A stretch of 24,000 nt of DNA from Lachnospiraceae bacterium XBB1006. Its GTDB lineage: Bacteria > Bacillota > Clostridia > Lachnospirales > Lachnospiraceae. Of the stretch, positions 17,584 to 24,000 are shown in pieces; positions within the stretch are counted from its first letter, which is position 1, and each line of letters opens with the position of its first letter. The stretch lies in contig FOXT01000006.1 of assembly GCA_900115795.1 (NCBI GenBank), positions 179,423 through 203,422 on the forward strand, given 5' to 3'. The notes beneath the pieces were generated by a model. That model had not been told where the DNA came from and did no database searches. It saw only the letters and a program-made list of their open reading frames with translations. A program made the translations under genes and the position numbers.

Positions 17584-19863
17584 ATGAGTATTAGCAAGCT
17601 TGAAGAAGCAATTGAGCAGAGTTTTAGCAAAACGGTGTATGATGAAATCAACAACGTGATTGGTGGGGATGAAGAAAACAAAGATCAAAAACTGACACTA
17701 TTACTTCCGGGTATTGCCCTTGCTAAGGAAGACTTCGAATATGATTACGAAGCACATGAAGAAAAGGGACCAACCGTAGAGGCAAATGAATCGAGATTGG
17801 TGAATAAGCTTTACGATAAATTCGATTTGAATAATGCAGATAATGGACGGATGTTACCGCACCAGTACAAGAGTGCGTTGGATGTTTTGACACCGAAGCT
17901 GAACGTAGAAATTGCAAAATCCAAAAATGCGCTGCGTGATTTGTTACTTACCAAATATCCGTATAAATTTAAGGATGAACAAGGAAACATCAAGGATGAT
18001 GACAACACGTTTCAGGAGGTGTTTTTCGCATTATACAATGATTACGTGAAAGCGTTGAAAGAATGGACGGAGGAACAGAATAAGAAGCGAGCTGAAATAT
18101 ATGATAAAGCCTATGATGAGGAAATAAAACGACTGACAGAAGAAGATGATGAAAAAGGCATCAAGAAACTGAATGTTAAGAAAAATGACGAGTATCTGAG
18201 ATGGTTTGAAACGGAAGCGTATTCAAGATTTACAGAATTAAACCAGACTATGGCAAATCTGCTGTCTGTTTTCTCAGAAAATGATATGAAGATTATTGAA
18301 GGTATTCTAGATAGTGGTTCCGGTGCAGAATTACAGGAAGCCAGGGAAACGTTGCGTAACCTTAGAAAACTTACCCCGGATGGTGCGTACGTTTATCCGG
18401 TAAAACTCAATCCAACCGGATGGTTTAAGTACCTGGATTCTAGTTTTACCTACGTTGATCTTTTAGAAGATCCCAATATGTTGCGGGCAAAAATGGAGGA
18501 GCTGGGCAGAAAGAAAATCGCAACAGTAGCAAGATATGAGTTGATTGCAAAAGCGATTCCAAATGATGAGACATTGGAGGCTGCGAAAAAATCGTTGACG
18601 GAAGCAAGGCAGGCTTGTTCAGAGGCATTTGACAATATATGTACCGTAGGATCGGAAAGCTTTGGCACTTTTGTGGCAGAGACAACCAAGTTAGTCATTG
18701 GCATTTATACGGATCCTACGTTGGTTGGAACTTCTAAGGAAAACGTAGCAGAGAAGGTTGCAGAAAAGAAGCCGGACATGGATAAGAAGGCTACGGAGTT
18801 GGTTAAAGAGCCGTTAATGAAATCGGCGGAAGCCGAGGTTGCGGAAAATAAAGATGGTGAGGTTGCACAAAAACTTGAAGCTAAAAAGAAAGAAAAGAAC
18901 TCAGGCATCAGTACAGTTGGAGATTTGGTAAATGGATTCGTCAAAAGTATTACGGATATAGGTACTAATGTAACAAAGAGCCTTGGAGAAATGAACCTTG
19001 CATTGGCGTCTTATATGGACACATTAGAAGAAAATGAGAAATTGAAATTAAATAAAGGATTGGAACTTGCTGCAGCAGATTTGAAAAAGGAGATTGCTCT
19101 TATTGATGAGGAAATGAAGGATGTTAAGAGTAGGTTGGATGTTGCAAGCAACATGATTGGGAAGGAAGAAGTGAATGTTGCAGCGCCACCGGAGGGGTAT
19201 GCAACAATTCTCATTGACCACAGCTGTAAGGATGTTCATGAGGAAGACTATACTCACACGTACGTTTCCCATAGTTCCTCTAGTGCAGGTTTCCTTTGCT
19301 TTAAGAAGCGTAAGAGTAAAACCACGACCGATTCCTATTCGCGGAAGTTATTTGTGGATAAAGAATCCAGCATGCAGATAGGAATGAACGTGGCGAAAGT
19401 GGGAATCGAACGCGAGTGGTTTAACCCGGGAGTATTTTTGTTATCCGAAAATATGTATAATCTAACGGATACGAAGTATACCAAGTTATTACCATGTTTC
19501 CCAACGGCGATGCTAATTGGACGGGATATTACCATCAAACAGAAGGTTAAAAATGCAAGGATGTTTAATTATGTCCACAATTCCGTTACGGAAATACAAA
19601 ATTCCGGTAGCTACGTATTTTACAATAAATCCAGTGGCTCTAAGGATTCATCTACCTATTCGTATTATGATGCAGAGGAAGAGGCTTGGATTATTATTAC
19701 AAAGATTGGCACACCACAGGTAATTGGTTTTTACCTGCAGGATCTTCCGGAGGACAAGAGCAAAAACTACAAAGTTTCTAATGATCCGGATAACATTAGA
19801 AAGTTCATTGAAGAGTATATGAATGTTATTAAGAAGCGTATGGCAGAAAATAAAAAGAATTAA
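17584..19863 (+). CDS. large uncharacterised protein, paralog 1 of a tandem pair
   Basis: 759 aa with RBS AAAGGAG. It has no signal peptide, TM segment, P-loop or metal or nuclease motif. The N-terminal domain is helical, the centre is Lys/Glu-rich coiled-coil-like, and the C-terminal domain is beta-rich with MNVAKVGIEREWFNPGVF. Confidence 0.85.
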   Translation: MSISKLEEAIEQSFSKTVYDEINNVIGGDEENKDQKLTLLLPGIALAKEDFEYDYEAHEEKGPTVEANESRLVNKLYDKFDLNNADNGRMLPHQYKSALDVLTPKLNVEIAKSKNALRDLLLTKYPYKFKDEQGNIKDDDNTFQEVFFALYNDYVKALKEWTEEQNKKRAEIYDKAYDEEIKRLTEEDDEKGIKKLNVKKNDEYLRWFETEAYSRFTELNQTMANLLSVFSENDMKIIEGILDSGSGAELQEARETLRNLRKLTPDGAYVYPVKLNPTGWFKYLDSSFTYVDLLEDPNMLRAKMEELGRKKIATVARYELIAKAIPNDETLEAAKKSLTEARQACSEAFDNICTVGSESFGTFVAETTKLVIGIYTDPTLVGTSKENVAEKVAEKKPDMDKKATELVKEPLMKSAEAEVAENKDGEVAQKLEAKKKEKNSGISTVGDLVNGFVKSITDIGTNVTKSLGEMNLALASYMDTLEENEKLKLNKGLELAAADLKKEIALIDEEMKDVKSRLDVASNMIGKEEVNVAAPPEGYATILIDHSCKDVHEEDYTHTYVSHSSSSAGFLCFKKRKSKTTTDSYSRKLFVDKESSMQIGMNVAKVGIEREWFNPGVFLLSENMYNLTDTKYTKLLPCFPTAMLIGRDITIKQKVKNARMFNYVHNSVTEIQNSGSYVFYNKSSGSKDSSTYSYYDAEEEAWIIITKIGTPQVIGFYLQDLPEDKSKNYKVSNDPDNIRKFIEEYMNVIKKRMAENKKN

Positions 19864-19892
19864 TCTGACAAACCATAGAAGGAGTTGCAAAC

Positions 19893-22154
19893 ATGGCTGA
19901 TGAAAAAGAAACACAGAAAGCGAACCTTCAAAAACTTGTGTATGTGTTAGGAAAGGTCAGAGATATGAAAAAAGAAGCGGAAACGGTGGAAGAGGAACAA
20001 AATTCTTTTGTCACAGAATTTTACAATGCAATTAATTCCCAAATAGGCGGAAACAACGCGGAGCAGTTTCTGTGCCTTTTGTTGCCGGGGATTATTTTGA
20101 ACAGGGAAGATTATGAATACGAAGGCATGAAAGGACCTGTGATAGAGGCGAACGAATCCCGTCTGGCGAACAAAATGTTTGAACCGTGCCAGATTACCAA
20201 TACCGATAATGGAAGAACGTTGCCTTATCAGTATAAGATGGCATTGGATATGCTGACGCCAAGATTGAACCGCAAGTTGGCTTTACAAAAGAATAAGTTG
20301 AGAAGACTTTTGATGTCTAAATATCCTTATAATTTTGGGGAAGAGGAGATGGAGTACACTTTGCTTGAGGTGTATGCAAAACTATACGATGAATACATGG
20401 ATGAGTTGTATCGCTGGAAAGTGAAATTGTCCGAGATAAAGGATGCGCTGCGCATGGCGCATCCTGACCCGGAAGAATTCGAAAACGAATATCTGAAATG
20501 GTATGAGGACAATGCAGGAGATTACCTGGATTCCATTAATGAGAAAAAATCGAAATTGCTTTCCGTTTTTTCGCCCAATGACATGAAGATTTTAGAGGGA
20601 ATTCTTGACAGTGGTTGCGGTGCAGAACTCCAGGAGGCAAGGCAGAATCTGTACAACCTTAGAAAAATAACACCGAACGGAGGTTATGTATATCCTGTTA
20701 GTTTTGAACCATCCAACTGGTTTGAAATGATTGGGACGTCCTTCACGCAGGCAGAACTTATGGACAGTCCGGACAAAATTGCGGAAAAAATACAACGGCT
20801 TTCTACAAGAAGGGCGGCACTTTATGCAAGTATGTGCGATTTGGCTCCGCTAATAGATGAATCTTTTCGGGAAACAAGCGAAAAAATCAAGAAAAGCAAA
20901 CAGGACATCGCGGCTAAATTGGAGAGGGTAGTGAGCAAAAATTTGCTTACGCCGAAAGGACGAACACCCCGTAAGCCCATTGTGTTATCGGAGACCGGAA
21001 AAAATCGCCTGATAGCCAAGGTGGCGTTGCCGACTTTGGAAATTAAGATTGGCACCAAGGTGCCGCTTTCTAAAAGAACCTTTACCCGATTGATGGAAGG
21101 GGCGATGCTAAAAGAAAAGGTTTCGCTATCGGACGAAGCTATCGCAATACTGAATTCTCTGAGTGATGAGTTAGGCAAGCATACCGAATTACAAAAGGAA
21201 AACCTGCTGCTATCACAAAAGCTTACAAATGATGTGCTGAGGTTTGTGGAAGAAAAGGGCAAAGCAGACAAGGGAATGAAACGCTATTTTAAGATGCTGA
21301 AACCAATCAAAGAAGAACTGGCTACGTTAGATGAGGAGATAGAAGAATGGAATAAGCTATTGAATGTGTCGACGGTTGTTCATGAGAATCGTTCTGATGA
21401 TGCACTGGTGGAGGAACTCCTTTTGCCACGGGTACCAAAGGGTTTTACGAAGATAGAGTTTGAAATGGATGCGGATTCCTTGGATAAGCAGTCGGAAATT
21501 GTGAAATCGTCATCCACAATCACCAAAGGGCAAAAGTTTCTTTTTAATGGGCAAAGAAGCAGGGGACAGTTTTTAAATGAGAGTCTGACGGAGATGATTG
21601 AGAAATCCAAATGCAGTAAGATTCATGTGAGCATGAACGTTGCCAAGGTTGGGATTGTACGGGAATGGTTTAATCCGGGTGTGTTTTCTTTGACGGGGAA
21701 TATGTATCGGTTATGTAGCGAACTAATAGCGCCGAAAACCAATGGGGTGGAATCTATGAGTGATTACATTCGAGGCATGAAAGGTATGGTGTTTCCGTGT
21801 TACCCTGTTTCCTTTGTACTTGCAAGGGATATGCAGATTCGTTTCCAATATAACCGAAAAGTTTCGGAAGATACACAGAAAATATTTGATAAGCATGCGA
21901 ACTCCAACGGCGGATTTTTGTTTTTCCGTGGTAGGGATGAATACGGAAAGTCGGATCAGGCGGGAGTTCACACCTATTATTCCGACCAGACGGTGACGTT
22001 GAAATTCGATACAACCCAGGTGATAGGCTATTACCTACAGGCGACAGCCGCAGATAAAAGCACCTATATTGACGATTGCAGTGAGGAACAGGAGAAAGAT
22101 TACTCTATGTCGGAGTTTACCGAGCACTATCGACAAATTATTAGTGGGCGGTAA
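19893..22154 (+). CDS. large uncharacterised protein, paralog 2 of a tandem pair
   Basis: 753 aa with RBS GAAGGAG, starting 29 nt after paralog 1. It shares these blocks with paralog 1: LLLPGI..(R/K)ED(Y/F)EY, GP.(I/V)EANESRL, DNGR.LP.QYK.ALD.LTP.LN, LLSVFS.NDMKI.EGILDSG.GAELQEAR, MNVAKVGI.REWFNPGVF and QVIG.YLQ. Confidence 0.85.
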   Translation: MADEKETQKANLQKLVYVLGKVRDMKKEAETVEEEQNSFVTEFYNAINSQIGGNNAEQFLCLLLPGIILNREDYEYEGMKGPVIEANESRLANKMFEPCQITNTDNGRTLPYQYKMALDMLTPRLNRKLALQKNKLRRLLMSKYPYNFGEEEMEYTLLEVYAKLYDEYMDELYRWKVKLSEIKDALRMAHPDPEEFENEYLKWYEDNAGDYLDSINEKKSKLLSVFSPNDMKILEGILDSGCGAELQEARQNLYNLRKITPNGGYVYPVSFEPSNWFEMIGTSFTQAELMDSPDKIAEKIQRLSTRRAALYASMCDLAPLIDESFRETSEKIKKSKQDIAAKLERVVSKNLLTPKGRTPRKPIVLSETGKNRLIAKVALPTLEIKIGTKVPLSKRTFTRLMEGAMLKEKVSLSDEAIAILNSLSDELGKHTELQKENLLLSQKLTNDVLRFVEEKGKADKGMKRYFKMLKPIKEELATLDEEIEEWNKLLNVSTVVHENRSDDALVEELLLPRVPKGFTKIEFEMDADSLDKQSEIVKSSSTITKGQKFLFNGQRSRGQFLNESLTEMIEKSKCSKIHVSMNVAKVGIVREWFNPGVFSLTGNMYRLCSELIAPKTNGVESMSDYIRGMKGMVFPCYPVSFVLARDMQIRFQYNRKVSEDTQKIFDKHANSNGGFLFFRGRDEYGKSDQAGVHTYYSDQTVTLKFDTTQVIGYYLQATAADKSTYIDDCSEEQEKDYSMSEFTEHYRQIISGR

Positions 22155-22160
22155 GGTAAT

Positions 22161-22272
22161 CATAAAGTGCGGTAGAGCCCGTATTTACGGGCTTTGCTGC
22201 ATTTTTGCTATTTCATCTTGGAGCGTCTGATCGTGTCAAATTTGGAAAAACTGGTGCACAAAACTGGGGGAG
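22161..22272 (+). repeat. direct repeat R1 (~115 bp)
   Basis: CATAAAGTGCGGTAGAGCCCGTATTTACGGGCTTTGCTGCATTTTTGCTATTTCATC...TCAAATTTGGAAAAACTGGTGCACAAAAC recurs at 22738-22853 with scattered substitutions and a small internal duplication. Confidence 0.85.
22168..22206 (+). terminator. probable terminator of the paralog operon
   Basis: An imperfect long stem pairs GCGGTAGAGCCCGTA with TACGGGCTTTGCTGC; the core AGCCCGT/ACGGGCT lies at 22176-22193. ATTTTT follows. Confidence 0.55.
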
Positions 22273-22277
22273 AGATA

Positions 22278-22622
22278 TCTTACGGGGCGTATGCGGTTTT
22301 CTCTATTTTCACACGTAGGCTTTCGTTGTGCTTTTTCTGATTCTTACGTGTGAATTTTCGATTGCTAAATTTGACCCGTAGTCCTCTAGAATGCTTTCCC
22401 ATCTTCTTACGGGTTATCCAAAGAAAATGCCATTTCACACGTAATCGTTCTGCTCCTTCTTACGTGTGAATTCTTGCAGACATAAATCCACACGTAGCTT
22501 TTCGAAAATCCATCTCTAAGGCTTACGTGTGAAACCGGTGTATTCGCCGCCTTACCCGTAAAGTTTTTCGTTTCACAAATTTCTGCTACGGGTGATTTCC
22601 ACAGCGATGTAGTTTACACGTA
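22278..22622 (+). repeat. multi-hairpin tandem element, copy 2 (colinear with copy 1)
   Basis: The left-arm core AC(A/C)CGTA starts at 22310, 22373, 22436, 22489, 22553 and 22615, giving periods of 63, 63, 53, 64 and 62. Each is matched by TACG(T/G)GT downstream. Unit E (22551-22594) is nearly identical to unit 5 of copy 1 (7060-7100). Confidence 0.9.
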
Positions 22623-22737
22623 ATTTCCATAAGAAAACGCTTTCCGAGCTTTGGGCTTTCGCCCAATGGGTAGGATAAAATAATCAGAAAAATTAGCACT
22701 CACCTCTTGAAGTAATCCGGTGGATTTCGACTTGTTT

Positions 22738-22853
22738 CATAAAGTGCTGTAGATCCCGTATTTACTGGCTTTGCGGCATTTTTACTATTTCATCGGAGAA
22801 CGTCCGAAGGTATCAAATTTGGAAAAATTGGTGTCAAAATTGGTACACAAAAC
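22738..22853 (+). repeat. direct repeat R2 (degenerate copy of R1)
   Basis: It aligns with R1 by eye over its whole length. The terminator stem is degraded here (GATCCCGTATTTACTGGCT). Confidence 0.85.
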
Positions 22854-22914
22854 GAGCCTGCAAATGGATGTGGAAGTGGCTATGTGTATTCGGAAATTAA
22901 AAACAAAAAATCTG

Positions 22915-22943
22915 TTGATAAATTTTCACGTAGGTGGTATACT
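22915..22943 (+). promoter_or_regulatory. sigma-A promoter of the ATPase gene
   Basis: TTGATA (22915-22920) is followed by a 17-nt spacer and TATACT (22938-22943), preceded by TGg as an extended -10. The spacer contains TTTCACGTAGG, which resembles a hairpin-element left arm. Confidence 0.65.
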
Positions 22944-23000
22944 ATCTGCGTAAAAGAATTTATTAACGGAAAATTCGTTTTTAATTTTGGAGGGCTGATA

Positions 23001-24000
23001 ATGAAACTATTACGAATCGTGGCAGATGGATTGCCACTCTTTAGAGAAAAACTGGATATATGTTTTTATGCCCAGCAGAGAGTGTCCGAGGAGCAGCAAG
23101 AACTTCTTTGCCCGGTGTTTTCGAATATATACTTAAATTCTGCCAATGGTATTATTGGTATTAATGCTTCCGGTAAGACATCTGTGTTGAAGGTAATACT
23201 TTTAGCGCTGGGGATTATTAATAACGAACCAATCAACCACATCGAGACCAAAGATATTCTGGGTAATGCAGAGAAAGCTGTGTTAGATATTTATTTCTAC
23301 TCTGCGTCAGGTAAGGAGATATGCCGTTTGGAAACTACTATTACATCAAACAAAACCAAGACGGAGGGTACTGTTTATAGTATATTATCAGAACGGATTT
23401 GGTCAAAGCAGATAGAAGAGATTACTACGCGAAAAGCGTTGCTTGATTTTGGTGATAGGGAGCCTATTATGCAAAGAAGTGGGCAGGAGGATTTTTTGCC
23501 GGATGATGTCAGCATCATGATTGCTCGAAATAAGCGAACAGGAGAGAATTTGCGGGTTGTGAATTTGCTTAGATTCACCAACAACAATGTGCTTCCTCTT
23601 TCCGACAATATTCCACCGGAGGTTATAACCTATCTGGATCCGACGATTGAGCGATTACAGTTTGAGGAAAAAGAACAAAAGACAGTCATATATCTCAAAT
23701 TCAAAGGAAAGGAAGAGATTGTGCTGAATAATCCTGCGCAATTAAATAATTATTTATCCTCCGGTACAGTGAAGGGAATCATTACCTTTACGCTGGCGCG
23801 GGAAGTGTTGCAGACGGGAGGATATATGATTGTTGATGAGTTGGAGAATCACTTTAACAAGGAAATTGTAACCACGTTGATGCGATTCTTTATGGATAAC
23901 AAGCTGAATAAGTATGGTGGTACATTGGTTTTTTCAACGCATTATCCGGAGCTGTTGGATGAGTACGACAGAAATGACAGTATCTATATTATTCGAAACA
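23001..24000 (+). CDS. AAA_21/ABC-type (SMC-like) ATPase, 5' partial, of the kind found in abortive-infection and defence systems
   Basis: This gene is absent from the ORF track because it runs off the window. I translated it myself from the ATG at 23001, with RBS GGAGGG 7 nt upstream. It is open for 333 codons to the window end. Walker A is GINASGKTSVLK, the signature-like motif is LSSGTVKG, Walker B is GYMIVDELENHF and the H-loop is VFSTHYPELL. Confidence 0.8.
   Translation, partial: MKLLRIVADGLPLFREKLDICFYAQQRVSEEQQELLCPVFSNIYLNSANGIIGINASGKTSVLKVILLALGIINNEPINHIETKDILGNAEKAVLDIYFYSASGKEICRLETTITSNKTKTEGTVYSILSERIWSKQIEEITTRKALLDFGDREPIMQRSGQEDFLPDDVSIMIARNKRTGENLRVVNLLRFTNNNVLPLSDNIPPEVITYLDPTIERLQFEEKEQKTVIYLKFKGKEEIVLNNPAQLNNYLSSGTVKGIITFTLAREVLQTGGYMIVDELENHFNKEIVTTLMRFFMDNKLNKYGGTLVFSTHYPELLDEYDRNDSIYIIRN

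Noticed and set aside
17584-22154. The paralog pair as secreted binary pore-forming toxins of the Hbl/Nhe or XaxAB type.
   Set aside because: Neither protein has a signal peptide or hydrophobic helical hairpin, and I see no sequence resemblance to ClyA-family toxins. A membrane-active role is kept only as a low-confidence hypothesis for the C-terminal domain.
6804-22622. The hairpin arrays as transposon or IS ends, or as integron attC sites.
   Set aside because: The two arrays are in direct rather than inverted orientation. No transposase, integrase or intI gene lies in the window. The arms lack the attC GTTRRRY/RYYYAAC cores, and the units are contiguous rather than separated by cassettes.
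22771-22953. A 60-aa ORF between array 2 and the ATPase gene.
   Set aside because: It starts at a TTG inside direct repeat R2 with no RBS, and it overlaps the ATPase promoter. The homologous R1 copy has no equivalent ORF.

Overview
By gene content this looks like a Gram-positive anaerobe, probably Clostridia/Lachnospiraceae-like; that assignment is an inference. Layout from left to right:
(1) A four-gene Opp/Dpp/Gsi-type ABC importer on the + strand: a lipoprotein SBP, a fused double-NBD ATPase and two permeases with overlapping stop/start codons.
(2) proC on the - strand.
(3) A 1.3-kb stretch with no credible ORF. It holds an orphan promoter, a five-hairpin tandem element, a terminator, a ribbon-helix-helix gene remnant and a 125-bp MITE-like palindrome.
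(4) A minus-strand operon of radical-SAM activase -> glycyl radical enzyme (HypD-like) -> TetR, with a strong promoter and a palindromic operator candidate.
(5) A divergently transcribed Trp-rich membrane protein of unknown function.
(6) An envelope cluster: lipoprotein, SGNH hydrolase and LCP ligase.
(7) Two small unknown genes.
(8) An operon of two large paralogous cytoplasmic proteins (759 and 753 aa) in which I recognise no domain or catalytic motif.
(9) A second copy of the multi-hairpin element, nested between two ~115-bp direct repeats.
(10) The 5' part of an AAA_21/ABC-type ATPase of the kind common in anti-phage defence islands; it runs off the window.
The best candidates for something undescribed are the paralog pair, possibly acting with the ATPase, and the two colinear multi-hairpin elements. 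Their stem arms covary and their G-T pairs point to a + strand RNA. I found no rRNA, tRNA, CRISPR array, transposase or integrase. All family assignments come from motifs read by eye. No database search was run.
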